A stretch of 64,000 nucleotides of DNA, from positions 2,310-66,309 of the forward strand of contig JAUCBJ010006254.1 in NCBI GenBank assembly GCA_032718475.1, written 5' to 3'. Shown piece after piece: positions 34,401 to 49,100 of this stretch; the first letter of the stretch is position 1, and each line of letters starts with the position of its first letter. The DNA is from Nemertoderma westbladi. Taxonomy: Eukaryota; Animalia; Xenacoelomorpha. The notes beneath the pieces are model-generated. The model saw nothing but the letters and a program-made list of their open reading frames with translations, made no database searches and was not told the DNA's origin. A program made the translations under genes and the position numbers.

Positions 34401-35849
34401 ATGACGGAATTGATAGAAGATGACCTTGGTATCAGGGAGCGATATACTCTACCTTTACAAGCGTTTGTGGATAGCTTGATACGCGGTGAAGCCGATCCGA
34501 CTATTACGGAGGACGATGGTCGTTATATCGAACCGCCGAGGTCCCAGGAACAACTTACGCGTGAATTGGACTATAGAAAATTCACCGCTCGCTATACGCA
34601 TCGTAATGGTACGTATATGGACTTCTTAACTACCGGCCATCCTATCGATTTACATGATACGGACGATGTAGACACCGAAAGGGAAATGGTTCTATTTAAA
34701 TATCATACCCAGCGGCGTCGTAACGATAAACCGAGAATAGATCACGAAAATTCTATTCGTAACAGACTGGGAAGACGAACCAATATGTCTGGAATCTGAG
34801 GAGATTCAGCCTATCGCGCTCGGAACAGCGACAACGATTACATCCTAGAATGGTACCAAGGTCCACAGTGTCTCACTGCGTACGATTATCGCCATGCCAA
34901 CTATGTTTCTCGGCAACGTTGTCGGTTATGCGCATCGAGAGACCATGTTACGCCCATGGACACAAACGTCCGCTGTTCCTATTTCCACGAACAACCGGCG
35001 ATGGAAATTTATTGCGCGTATTGCAGATTTAATAATTTGCACATTTTTGCGGTTTGCCCTCAATTTACGACTCAATGTCACCATTGTCAACTAAAGGGAC
35101 ATGCCAGTTTCGATTGTCCTTTTAATCACGATTTGGAAAGCGTAGATGAAATGATCACACTACGTTACATCAGAGCTTGGGAAGCGAACACTGATTTACA
35201 TTGTGATTCACGCCATCGCTATTATCCTGGACGCGCTTACGAAGGAGTTTATGCGTTCCATCCTTATTTGTTTGCCTCCGTCGAGCAGAAATCGCGCCTA
35301 TCAAGTTATGAACTATTGAAGCGCGTTGGAGAATGTATTTCAACCAAATATGTACGCAAATTTCTCAGGAGCATTAATCCGAGTGACATCAATTCGTACA
35401 ACTTAATAAACTTTATCCGTCAAGATCCGGCCTATGGAGACTTATTTGTCAACTCACACCCCGAGTTACAAGAAGTATATCGACGGCCTTACGAGTACAG
35501 AGCCCGCGAACGCGAGTTGGAAAGAACCATTAAACCAAGGAAGTTTCTAACTGCCTATGGTTCACCCACGGCCCTCGTTCAGACCACTCGTAAAGGACAC
35601 GTAAGAGCGGCTGTCTTGAAACGAGCTCTCAAAGCCGTTAGACCCCTCTCCCCGGACGTTGATGTCAATCAACCCGGTACTTCGACCGGCGGATATACCG
35701 ATCGCAATCCCATACCTTCTGATGCAATCATATTGCACCCTTCACCCAGGAGTTATAGCCCTCCTCGTAAAGCGGCTCGCCCCAAAGAGAAAAGGACTCT
35801 TGCTAGCTTTAAAAAACTGCGTAAACGCCGTCCGCGCAAGAAAGACTAA
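34401..35849 (+). CDS. Accessory ORF2 of the LTR element: CCHC zinc-knuckle protein with basic C-terminus; one in-frame TGA at 34797-34799
   Basis: ORFs 34401-34799 and 34956-35849 are in the same frame, and 34800-34955 is stop-free. Motifs CRLCASRDH, CAYCRFNNLHIFAVC and CHHCQLKGHASFDC. Tail KKLRKRRPRKKD. Confidence 0.7.
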
Positions 35850-35927
35850 CTGTTTAGAGTATTTTTATATTTTAGAAACTGTGATTTTGTATATTTTATA
35901 GACTTAAATCCCATTTTCTGGGAGCGG

Positions 35928-37123
35928 TGTAAAAGCTTTTGTGGGATAACTGATACGTTTGCCTTTGCTGGCCAGTTCCCCCCCAGTCGCTAGAATACTC
36001 TCAAAGGGATTTATAACTAAAATAGTGCAAGCTACCAGCTTATTGGCTGATGTGCTGTACGGAGATATCTGGGCTCAGTTTAATCGGCCAACTAGCTTAG
36101 AGAGGTTGCCTTAGCCTTGCTGTCCGTATCGGCCAATAGAATTTGAGTGGGCGTTGATTTCGACCTATCCCAGAGCTACTGAACTGAATTTCCTATCTCA
36201 CTGCTCATCCTCTGTGTTGGACGGGAGCTTCGGGGAATAAGGGTAGTTGGTATACTCGTATAGTCATTCCAGTCATATGATTTTATATGATTCTGTTGTT
36301 GTGTTCCCATTTTCGCCATAACACCGGCTTTTTGGGAAGAACTCTAGTAAAACTGCTTAAATTATCGAAAGTATAAACTGTTACCTACTCACTTACTTAA
36401 CTAACTCACTTAATTTAACTGCATTAATCATATTGTTTGTACTGTTATTTTACTGTCAGTTATTAATTGTATCTATTTGTTGATGGAAATATTGCTCTTT
36501 GGAGAATACGGATAAATCACCCAAAATTCCCAATTTTCTTGATACACTACAGGTTAGAGAGACGGGCTATATATAACAATTGCGATTTATATTAATGTGG
36601 TGTGTATTGAATCTAATGTTATTTAGCAGACCCTACATGAGTCAATTGCTGCTCTCTTTATGTGTGATCAAATATACTGACGGTCGGCAGAATAGTGTGC
36701 ATGATTGTGATTGGTAACAAAGTATTTCCTAAAGAATGCGCTTTATACTTTAATCATAAGCAGTATCGTTGCGTTTAGTATAAGTCCTAGTTCTGTTTAA
36801 ATAGATAGAGCGCCACGTCCTAAAGGAACTGTTAATATTCCCCGAAAGCCAATAATATCTGTCAGGAATTAATTATTAATGATCTGTCGAATAATACAGT
36901 AAGTTTACGCTGCAACCTTACACTGCAATAATAAAATTTAAGCATCCGAATTCAGCCTCCCGGGTGTAGATCCATCGGGTGAATGATCGCGCATGGGCTG
37001 ACTTCGGCTAATGTTTTGCGTATTAGCATAAAATATTGTCGTATGCTAAAGGTGTTTTAATTAACTAAAAGACATATAAATTTTGGCAGGTTAAACTGCT
37101 AAAGGTCTTCAAAAGCGCGAACA
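35928..37123 (+). repeat. 3' LTR (1196 bp)
   Basis: Near-identical direct repeat of 24698-25899. Confidence 0.95.
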
Positions 37124-40100
37124 ATTTATCTCCCTTTCTACCCGATCAGCTGCGTTTAATTTATCTACATTTCTACCCGATCAGCTGCGTTTAATTTATC
37201 TCCCTTTCTACCCGATCAGCTGCGTTTAATTTATCCCCCTTTCTACCCGATCAGCTGCGTTTAATTTATCTCCCTTTCTACCCGATCAGCTGCGTTTAAT
37301 TTATCTCCCTTTCTATCCGATCAGCTGCGTTTAATTTATCTCCCTTTCTACCCGATCAGCTGCGTTTAATTTATCTCCCTTTCTACCCGATCAGCTGCGT
37401 TTAATTTATCTCCCTTTCTACCCGATCAGCTGCGTTTAATTTATCTCCCTTTCTACCCGATCAGCTGCGTTTAATTTATCTCCCTTTCTACCCGATCAGC
37501 TGCGTTTAATTTATCTCCCTTTCTATAATTTATCTCCCTTTCTACCCGATCAGCTGCGTTTAATTTATCTCCCTTTCTATAATTTATCTCCCTTTCTACC
37601 CGATCAGCTGCGTTTAATTTATCTCCCTTTCTACCCGATCAGCTGCGTTTAATTTATCTCCCTTTCTATCCGATCAGCTGCGTTTAATTTATCTCCCTTT
37701 CTACCCGATCAGCTGCGTTTAATTTATCTCCCTTTCTACCCGATCAGCTGCGTTTAATTTATCTCCCTTTCTACCCGATCAGCTGCGTTTAATTTATCTC
37801 CCTTTCTACCCGATCAGCTGCGTTTAATTTATCTCCCTTTCTACCCGATCAGCTGCGTTTAATTTATCTCCCTTTCTATAATTTATCTCCCTTTCTACCC
37901 GATCAGCTGCGTTTAATTTATCTCCCTTTCTATAATTTATCTCCCTTTCTACCCGATCAGCTGCGTTTAATTTATCTCCCTTTCTACCCGATCAGCTGCG
38001 TTTAATTTATCTCCCTTTCTACCCGATCAGCTGCGTTTAATTTATCTCCCTTTCTATCCGATCAGCTGCGTTTAATTTATCTCCCTTTCTACCCGATCAG
38101 CTGCGTTTAATTTATCTCCCTTTCTACCCGATCAGCTGCGTTTAATTTATCTCCCTTTCTACCCGATCAGCTGCGTTTAATTTATCTCCCTTTCTACCCG
38201 ATCAGCTGCGTTTAATTTATCTCCCTTTCTACCCGATCAGCTGCGTTTAATTTATCTCCCTTTCTATAATTTATCTCCCTTTCTACCCGATCAGCTGCGT
38301 TTAATTTATCTCCCTTTCTATAATTTATCTCCCTTTCTACCCGATCAGCTGCGTTTAATTTATCTCCCTTTCTACCCGATCAGCTGCGTTTAATTTATCT
38401 CCCTTTCTACCCGATCAGCTGCGTTTAATTTATCTCCCTTTCTACCCGATCAGCTGCGTTTAATTGATCTCCCTTTCTACCCGATTAGCTGCGTTTAATT
38501 TATCTCCCTTTCTACCCGATCAGCTGCGTTTAATTTATCTCCCTTTCTACCCGATCAGCTGCGTTTAATTTATCTCCCTTTCTATAATTTATCTCCCTTT
38601 CTACCCGATCAGCTGCGTTTAATTTATCTCCCTTTCTATAATTTATCTCCCTTTCTACCCGATCAGCTGCGTTTAATTTATCTCCCTTTCTACCCGATCA
38701 GCTGCGTTTAATTTATCTCCCTTTCTACCCGATCAGCTGCGTTTAATTTATCTCCCTTTCTACCCGATCAGCTGCGTTTAATTGATCTCCCTTTCTACCC
38801 GATTAGCTTCGTTTAATTTATCTCCCTTTCTACCCGATCAGCTGCGTTTAATTTATCTCCCTTTCTACCCGATCAGCTGTGTTTAATTTATCTCCCTTTC
38901 TACCCGATCAGCTGCGTTTAATTTATCTCCATTTCTACCCGATCAGCTGCGTTTAATTTATCTCCCTTTCTACCCGATCAGCTGCGTTTAATTTATCTCC
39001 CTTTCTACCCGATTAGCTGCTTTTAATTTATCTCCCTTTCTACCCGATCAGCTGCGTTTAATTTATCTCCCTTTCTACCCGATCAGCTGCGTTTAATTTA
39101 TCTCCATTTCTACCCGATCAGCTGCGTTTAATTTATCTCCCTTTCTACCCGATCAGCTGCGTTTAATTTATCTCCCTTTCTACCCGATTAGCTGCGTTTA
39201 ATTTATCTCCCTTTCTACCCGATCAGCTGCGTTTAATTTATCTCCCTTTCTACCCGATCAGCTGCGTTTAATTTATCTCCCTTTCTACCCGATCAGCTGC
39301 GTTTAATTTATCTCCCTTTCTCTCCGATCAGCTGCGTTTAATTTATCTCCCTTTCTACCCGATCAGCTGCGTTTAATTTATCTCCCTTTCTACCCGATCA
39401 GCTGCGTTTAATTTATCTCCCTTTCTATAATTTATCTCCCTTTCTACCCGATTAGCTGCGTTTAATTTATCTCCCTTTCTACCCGATCAGCTGCGTTTAA
39501 TTTATCTCCCTTTCTACCCGATCAGCTGCGTTTAATTTATCTCCCTTTCTACCCGATCAGCTGCGTTTAATTTATCTCCCTTTCTACCCGATCAGCTGCG
39601 TTTAATTTATCTCCCTTTCTATAATTTATCTCCCTTTCTACCCGATCAGCTGCGTTTAATTTATCTCCCTTTCTCTCCGATCAGCTGCGTTTAATTTATC
39701 TCCCTTTCTACCCGATCAGCTGCGTTTAATTTATCTCCCTTTCTACCCGATCAGCTGCGTTTAATTTATCTCCCTTTCTATAATTTATCTCCCTTTCTAT
39801 AATTTATCTCCCTTTCTATAATTTATCTCCCTTTCTATAATTTATCTCCCTTTCTATCCGATCAGCTGCGTTTAATTTATCTCCCTTTCTACCCGATCAG
39901 CTGCGTTTAATTTATCTCCCTTTCTACCCGATCAGCTGCGTTTAATTTATCTCCCTTTCTACCCGATCAGCTGCGTTTAATTTATCTCCCTTTCTACCCG
40001 ATCAGCTGCGTTTAATTGATCTCCCTTTCTACCCGATCAGCTGCGTTTAATTTATCTCCCTTTCTATAATTTATCTCCCTTTCTACCCGATCAGCTGCGT

Positions 40101-43100
40101 TTAATTGATCTCCCTTTCTACCCGATCAGCTGCGTTTAATTTATCTCCCTTTCTACCCGATCAGCTGCGTTTAATTTATCTCCCTTTCTATAATTTATCT
40201 CCCTTTCTACCCGATCAGCTGCGTTTAATTGATCTCCCTTTCTACCCGATCAGCTGCGTTTAATTTATCTCCCTTTCTACCCGATCGGCTGCGTTTAATT
40301 TATCCCCCTTTCTACCCGATCATCTGCGTTTAATTTATCTCCCTTTCTACCCGATCAGCTGCGTTTAATTGATCTCCCTTTCTACCCGATCAGCTGCGTT
40401 TAATTTATCTCCCTTTCTATAATTTATCTCCCTTTCTATCCGATCAGCTGCGTTTAATTTATCTCCCTTTCTACCCGATCAGCTGCGTTTAATTTATCTC
40501 CCTTTCTACCCGATCAGCTGCGTTTAATTTATCTCCCTTTCTACCCGATCAGCTGCGTTTAATTTATCTCCCTTTCTACCCGATCAGCTGCGTTTAATTT
40601 ATCTCCCTTTCTATAATTTATCTCCCTTTCTACCCGATCAGCTGCGTTTAATTTATCTCCCTTTCTACCCGATCGGCTGCGTTTAATTTATCTCCCTTTC
40701 TATAATTTATCTCCCTTTCTACCCGATCAGCTGCGTTTAATTTATCTCCCTTTCTACCCGATCAGCTGCGTTTAATTTATCTCCCTTTCTATAATTTATC
40801 TCCCTTTCTACCCGATCAGCTGCGTTTAATTTATCTCCCTTTCTACCCGATCGGCTGCGTTTAATTTATCTCCCTTTCTATAATTTATCTCCCTTTCTAC
40901 CCGATCAGCTGCGTTTAATTTATCTCCCTTTCTACCCGATCGGCTGCGTTTAATTTATCCCCCTTTCTACCCGATCATCTGCGTTTAATTTATCTCCCTT
41001 TCTACCCGATCAGCTGCGTTTAATTTATCTCCCTTTCTACCCGATCAGCTGCGTTTAATTTATCTCCCTTTCTATAATTTATCTCCCTTTCTACCCGATC
41101 AGCTGCGTTTAATTTATCTCCCTTTCTATAATTTATCTCCCTTTCTATCCGATCAGCTGCGTTTAATTTATCTCCCTTTCTACCCGATCAGCTGTGTTTA
41201 ATTTATCTCCCTTTCTACCCGATCAGCTGCGTTTAATTTATCTCCCTTTCTACCCGATCAGCTGCGTTTAATTTATCTCCCTTTCTACCCGATCAGCTGC
41301 GTTTAATTTATCTCCCTTTCTACCCGATCAGCTGGGTTTAATTTATCTCCCTTTCTATCCGATCAGCTGTGTTTAATTTATCTCCCTTTCTACCCGATCA
41401 GCTGCGTTTAATTTATCCCCCTTTCTACCCGATCATCTGCGTTTAATTTATCTCCCTTTCTATAATTTATCTCCCTTTCTATCCGATCAGCTGCGTTTAA
41501 TTTATCTCCCTTTCTACCCGATCAGCTGCGTTTAATTTATCTCCCTTTCTACCCGATCAGCTGCGTTTAATTTATCTCCCTTTCTACCCGATCAGCTGCG
41601 TTTAATTTATCTCCCTTTCTACCCGATCAGCTGCGTTTAATTTATCTCCCTTTCTACCCGATCAGCTGCCTTTAATTTATCTCCCTTTCTATCCGATCAG
41701 CTGCGTTTAATTTATCTCCCTTTCTACCCGATCAGCTGCGTTTAATTTATCTCCCTTTCTATCCGATCAGCTGCGTTTAATTTATCTCCCTTTCTACCCG
41801 ATCAGCTGCGTTTAATTTATCTCCCTTTCTACCCGATCAGCTGCGTTTAATTTATCTCCCTTTCTATCCGATCAGCTGCGTTTAATTTATCTCCCTTTCT
41901 ACCCGATCAGCTGCGTTTAATTTATCTCCCTTTCTATCCGATCAGCTGCGTTTAATTTATCTCCCTTTCTACCCGATCAGCTGCGTTTAATTTATCTCCC
42001 TTTCTACCCGATCAGCTGCGTTTAATTTATCTCCCTTTCTACCCGATCAGCTGCGTTTAATTTATCTCCCTTTCTACCCGATCAGCTGCGTTTAATTTAT
42101 CTCCCTTTCTACCCGATCAGCTGCGTTTAATTTATCTCCCTTTCTACCCGATCAGCTGCGTTTAATTTATCTCCCTTTCTACCCGATCAGCTGCGTTTAA
42201 TTTATCTCCCTTTCTACCCGATCATCTGCGTTTAATTTATCTCCCTTTCTATAATTTATCTCCCTTTCTACCCGATCAGCTGCGTTTAATTTATCTCCCT
42301 TTCTATAATTTATCTCCCTTTCTACCCGATCGGCTGCGTTTAATTTATCTCCCTTTCTACCCGATCAGCTGCGTTTAATTTATCTCCCTTTCTACCCGAT
42401 CAGCTGCGTTTAATTTATCTCCCTTTCTATAATTTATCTCCCTTTCTACCCGATCAGCTGCGTTTAATTTATCTCCCTTTCTACCCGATCGGCTGCGTTT
42501 AATTTATCTCCCTTTCTACCCGATCAGCTGCGTTTAATTTATCTCCCTTTCTACCCGATCAGCTGCGTTTAATTTATCTCCCTTTCTACCCGATCAGCTG
42601 CGTTTAATTTATCTCCCTTTCTACCCGATCAGCTGCGTTTAATTTATCTCCCTTTCTACCCGATCAGCTGCGTTTAATTTATCTCCCTTTCTACCCGATC
42701 AGCTGCGTTTAATTTATCTCCCTTTCTATAATTTATCTCCCTTTCTACCCGATCAGCTGCGTTTAATTTATCTCCCTTTCTACCCGATCAGCTGCGTTTA
42801 ATTTATCTCCCTTTCTATAATTTATCTCCCTTTCTACCCGATCAGCTGCGTTTAATTTATCTCCCTTTCTATAATTTATCTCCTTTTCTACCCGATCAGC
42901 TGCGTTTAATTTATCTCCCTTTCTACCCGATCAGCTGCGTTTAATTTATCTCCCTTTCTATAATTTATCTCCCTTTCTACCCGATCAGCTGCGTTTAATT
43001 TATCTCCCTTTCTATAATTTATCTCCCTTTCTACCCGATCAGCTGCGTTTAATTTATCTCCCTTTCTACCCGATCAGCTGCGTTTAATTTATCTCCCTTT

Positions 43101-46100
43101 CTACCCGATCAGCTGCGTTTAATTTATCTCCCTTTCTACCCGATCATCTGCGTTTAATTTATCTCCCTTTCTATAATTTATCTCCCTTTCTATAATTTAT
43201 CTCCCTTTCTACCCGATCAGCTGCGTTTAATTTATCTCCCTTTCTATAATTTATCTCCCTTTCTACCCGATCAGCTGCGTTTAATTTATCTCCCTTTCTA
43301 TAATTTATCTCCTTTTCTACCCGATCAGCTGCGTTTAATTTATCTCCCTTTCTACCCGATCAGCTGCGTTTAATTTATCTCCCTTTCTATAATTTATCTC
43401 CCTTTCTACCCGATCAGCTGCGTTTAATTTATCTCCCTTTCTATAATTTATCTCCCTTTCTACCCGATCAGCTGCGTTTAATTTATCTCCCTTTCTACCC
43501 GATCAGCTGCGTTTAATTTATCTCCCTTTCTACCCGATCAGCTGCGTTTAATTTATCTCCCTTTCTACCCGATCATCTGCGTTTAATTTATCTCCCTTTC
43601 TATAATTTATCTCCCTTTCTATCCGATCAGCTGCGTTTAATTTATCTCCCTTTCTACCCGATCAGCTGCGTTTAATTTATCTCCCTTTCTATAATTTATC
43701 TCCCTTTCTACCCGATCAGCTGCGTTTAATTTATCTCCCTTTCTACCCGATCAGCTGCGTTTAATTTATCTCCCTTTCTACCCGATCAGCTGCGTTTAAT
43801 TTATCTCCCTTTCTACCCGATCAGCTGCGTTTAATTTATCTCCCTTTCTACCCGATCATCTGCGTTTAATTTATCTCCCTTTCTATAATTTATCTCCCTT
43901 TCTATCCGATCAGCTGCGTTTAATTTATCTCCCTTTCTACCCGATCAGCTGCGTTTAATTTATCTCCCTTTCTATAATTTATCTCCCTTTCTACCCGATC
44001 AGCTGCGTTTAATTTATCTCCCTTTCTACCCGATCAGCTGCGTTTAATTTATCTCCCTTTCTACCCGATCAGCTGCGTTTAATTTATCTCCCTTTCTACC
44101 CGATCAGCTGCGTTTAATTTATCTCCCTTTCTACCCGATCATCTGCGTTTAATTTATCTCCCTTTCTATAATTTATCTCCCTTTCTATAATTTATCTCCC
44201 TTTCTACCCGATCAGCTGCGTTTAATTTATCTCCCTTTCTATAATTTATCTCCCTTTCTACCCGATCAGCTGCGTTTAATTTATCTCCCTTTCTATAATT
44301 TATCTCCTTTCTACCCGATCAGCTGCGTTTAATTTATCTCCCTTTCTACCCGATCAGCTGCGTTTAATTTATCTCCCTTTCTATAATTTATCTCCCTTTC
44401 TACCCGATCAGCTGCGTTTAATTTATCTCCCTTTCTATAATTTATCTCCCTTTCTACCCGATCAGCTGCGTTTAATTTATCTCCCTTTCTACCCGATCAG
44501 CTGCGTTTAATTTATCTCCCTTTCTACCCGATCAGCTGCGTTTAATTTATCTCCCTTTCTACCCGATCATCTGCGTTTAATTTATCTCCCTTTCTATAAT
44601 TTATCTCCCTTTCTATCCGATCAGCTGCGTTTAATTTATCTCCCTTTCTACCCGATCAGCTGCGTTTAATTTATCTCCCTTTCTACCCGATCAGTTGCGT
44701 TTAATTTATCTCCCTTTCTATCCGATCAGCTGCGTTTAATTTATCTCCCTTTCTATAATTTATCTCCCTTTCTACCCGATCATCTGCGTTTAATTTATAT
44801 CCCTTTCTATAATTTATCTCCCTTTCTACCCGATCAGCTGCGTTTAATTTATCTCCCTTTCTACCCGATCAGCTGCGTTTAATTTATCTCCCTTTCTACC
44901 CGATCACCTGCGTTTAATTTATCTCCCTTTCTATCCGATCAGCTGCGTTTAATTTATCTCCCTTTCTACCCGATCAGCTGCGTTTAATTTATCTCCCTTT
45001 CTACCCGATCAGCTGCGTTTAATTTATCTCCCTTTCTACCCGATCAGCTGCGTTTAATTTATCTCCCTTTCTACCCGATCGGCTGCGTTTAATTTATCTC
45101 CCTTTCTACCCGATCAGCTGCGTTTAATTTATCTCCCTTTCTATCCGATCAGCTGCGTTTAATTTATCTCCCTTTCTACCCGATCAGCTGCGTTTAATTT
45201 ATCTCCCTTTCTACCCGATCAGCTGCGTTTAATTTATCTCCCTTTCTACCCGATCAGCTGCGTTTAATTTATCTCCCTTTCTACCCGATCAGCTGCGTTT
45301 AATTTATCTCCCTTTCTACCCGATCAGCTGCGTTTAATTTATCTCCCTTTCTACCCGATCAGCTGCGTTTAATTTATCTCCCTTTCTACCCGATCAGCTG
45401 CGTTTAATTTATCTCCCTTTCTACCCGATCAGCTGCGTTTAATTTATCTCCCTTTCTACCCGATCAGCTGCGTTTAATTTATCTCCCTTTCTACCCGATC
45501 AGCTGCGTTTAATTTATCTCCCTTTCTACCCGATCAGCTGCGTTTAATTTATCTCCCTTTCTACCCGATCAGCTGCGTTTAATTTATCTCCCTTTCTACC
45601 CGATCAGCTGCGTTTAATTTATCTCCCTTTCTACCCGATCAGCTGCGTTTAATTTATCTCCCTTTCTACCCGATCAGCTGCGTTTAATTTATCTCCCTTT
45701 CTACCCGATCAGCTGCGTTTAATTTATCTCCCTTTCTACCCGATCAGCTGCGTTTAATTTATCTCCCTTTCTACCCGATCAGCTGCGTTTAATTTATCTC
45801 CCTTTCTACCCGATCAGCTGCGTTTAATTTATCTCCCTTTCTACCCGATCAGCTGCGTTTAATTTATCTCCCTTTCTACCCGATCAGCTGCGTTTAATTT
45901 ATCTCCCTTTCTACCCGATCAGCTGCGTTTAATTTATCTCCCTTTCTACCCGATCAGCTGCGTTTAATTTATCTCCCTTTCTACCCGATCAGCTGCGTTT
46001 AATTTATCTCCCTTTCTACCCGATCAGCTGCGTTTAATTTATCTCCCTTTCTACCCGATCAGCTGCGTTTAATTTATCTCCCTTTCTACCCGATCAGCTG

Positions 46101-49100
46101 CGTTTAATTTATCTCCCTTTCTACCCGATCAGCTGCGTTTAATTTATCTCCCTTTCTACCCGATCAGCTGCGTTTAATTTATCTCCCTTTCTACCCGATC
46201 AGCTGCGTTTAATTTATCTCCCTTTCTACCCGATCAGCTGCGTTTAATTTATCTCCCTTTCTACCCGATCAGCTGCGTTTAATTTATCTCCCTTTCTACC
46301 CGATCAGCTGCGTTTAATTTATCTCCCTTTCTACCCGATCAGCTGCGTTTAATTTATCTCCCTTTCTACCCGATCAGCTGCGTTTAATTTATCTCCCTTT
46401 CTACCCGATCAGCTGCGTTTAATTTATCTCCCTTTCTACCCGATCAGCTGCGTTTAATTTATCTCCCTTTCTACCCGATCAGCTGCGTTTAATTTATCTC
46501 CCTTTCTACCCGATCAGCTGCGTTTAATTTATCTCCCTTTCTACCCGATCAGCTGCGTTTAATTTATCTCCCTTTCTACCCGATCAGCTGCGTTTAATTT
46601 ATCTCCCTTTCTACCCGATCAGCTGCGTTTAATTTATCTCCCTTTCTACCCGATCAGCTGCGTTTAATTTATCTCCCTTTCTACCCGATCAGCTGCGTTT
46701 AATTTATCTCCCTTTCTACCCGATCAGCTGCGTTTAATTTATCTCCCTTTCTACCCGATCAGCTGCGTTTAATTTATCTCCCTTTCTACCCGATCAGCTG
46801 CGTTTAATTTATCTCCCTTTCTACCCGATCAGCTGCGTTTAATTTATCTCCCTTTCTACCCGATCAGCTGCGTTTAATTTATCTCCCTTTCTACCCGATC
46901 AGCTGCGTTTAATTTATCTCCCTTTCTACCCGATCAGCTGCGTTTAATTTATCTCCCTTTCTACCCGATCAGCTGCGTTTAATTTATCTCCCTTTCTACC
47001 CGATCAGCTGCGTTTAATTTATCTCCCTTTCTACCCGATCAGCTGCGTTTAATTTATCTCCCTTTCTACCCGATCAGCTGCGTTTAATTTATCTCCCTTT
47101 CTACCCGATCAGCTGCGTTTAATTTATCTCCCTTTCTACCCGATCAGCTGCGTTTAATTTATCTCCCTTTCTACCCGATCAGCTGCGTTTAATTTATCTC
47201 CCTTTCTACCCGATCAGCTGCGTTTAATTTATCTCCCTTTCTACCCGATCAGCTGCGTTTAATTTATCTCCCTTTCTACCCGATCAGCTGCGTTTAATTT
47301 ATCTCCCTTTCTACCCGATCAGCTGCGTTTAATTTATCTCCCTTTCTACCCGATCAGCTGCGTTTAATTTATCTCCCTTTCTACCCGATCAGCTGCGTTT
47401 AATTTATCTCCCTTTCTACCCGATCAGCTGCGTTTAATTTATCTCCCTTTCTACCCGATCAGCTGCGTTTAATTTATCTCCCTTTCTACCCGATCAGCTG
47501 CGTTTAATTTATCTCCCTTTCTACCCGATCAGCTGCGTTTAATTTATCTCCCTTTCTACCCGATCAGCTGCGTTTAATTTATCTCCCTTTCTACCCGATC
47601 AGCTGCGTTTAATTTATCTCCCTTTCTACCCGATCAGCTGCGTTTAATTTATCTCCCTTTCTACCCGATCAGCTGCGTTTAATTTATCTCCCTTTCTACC
47701 CGATCAGCTGCGTTTAATTTATCTCCCTTTCTACCCGATCAGCTGCGTTTAATTTATCTCCCTTTCTACCCGATCAGCTGCGTTTAATTTATCTCCCTTT
47801 CTACCCGATCAGCTGCGTTTAATTTATCTCCCTTTCTACCCGATCAGCTGCGTTTAATTTATCTCCCTTTCTACCCGATCAGCTGCGTTTAATTTATCTC
47901 CCTTTCTACCCGATCAGCTGCGTTTAATTTATCTCCCTTTCTACCCGATCAGCTGCGTTTAATTTATCTCCCTTTCTACCCGATCAGCTGCGTTTAATTT
48001 ATCTCCCTTTCTACCCGATCAGCTGCGTTTAATTTATCTCCCTTTCTACCCGATCAGCTGCGTTTAATTTATCTCCCTTTCTACCCGATCAGCTGCGTTT
48101 AATTTATCTCCCTTTCTACCCGATCAGCTGCGTTTAATTTATCTCCCTTTCTACCCGATCAGCTGCGTTTAATTTATCTCCCTTTCTACCCGATCAGCTG
48201 CGTTTAATTTATCTCCCTTTCTACCCGATCAGCTGCGTTTAATTTATCTCCCTTTCTACCCGATCAGCTGCGTTTAATTTATCTCCCTTTCTACCCGATC
48301 AGCTGCGTTTAATTTATCTCCCTTTCTACCCGATCAGCTGCGTTTAATTTATCTCCCTTTCTACCCGATCAGCTGCGTTTAATTTATCTCCCTTTCTACC
48401 CGATCAGCTGCGTTTAATTTATCTCCCTTTCTATAATTTATCTCCCTTTCTACCCGATCAGCTGCGTTTAATTTATCTCCCTTTCTACCCGATCAGCTGC
48501 GTTTAATTTATCTCCCTTTCTACCCGATCAGCTGCGTTTAATTTATCTCCCTTTCTACCCGATCAGCTGCGTTTAATTTATCTCCCTTTCTACCCGATCA
48601 GCTGCGTTTAATTTATCTCCCTTTCTACCCGATCAGCTGCGTTTAATTTATCTCCCTTTCTACCCGATCAGCTGCGTTTAATTTATCTCCCTTTCTACCC
48701 GATCAGCTGCGTTTAATTTATCTCCCTTTCTACCCGATCAGCTGCGTTTAATTTATCTCCCTTTCTACCCGATCAGCTGCGTTTAATTTATCTCCCTTTC
48801 TACCCGATCAGCTGCGTTTAATTTATCTCCCTTTCTACCCGATCAGCTGCGTTTAATTTATCTCCCTTTCTACCCGATCAGCTGCGTTTAATTTATCTCC
48901 CTTTCTACCCGATCAGCTGCGTTTAATTTATCTCCCTTTCTACCCGATCAGCTGCGTTTAATTTATCTCCCTTTCTACCCGATCAGCTGCGTTTAATTTA
49001 TCTCCCTTTCTACCCGATCAGCTGCGTTTAATTTATCTCCCTTTCTACCCGATCAGCTGCGTTTAATTTATCTCCCTTTCTACCCGATCAGCTGCGTTTA

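Larger units (their letters stand above)
24698..37123 (+). mobile_element. Non-autonomous BEL/Pao-type LTR retrotransposon (12.4 kb), recent insertion
   Basis: TG...CA LTRs, 5-bp TSD attta (24693-24697 and 37124-37128), a BEL-type Gag-protease ORF, and a short purine-rich tract gggagcgg before the 3' LTR. Confidence 0.92.

Noticed and set aside
34797-34799. Selenocysteine codon
   Set aside because: There is no redox-motif context and no SECIS recognised by eye; readthrough or a point mutation is simpler.
34401-35849. env gene or captured nanos
   Set aside because: No signal peptide, TM helix or furin site. The CCHC spacing is knuckle-like rather than Nanos-type.
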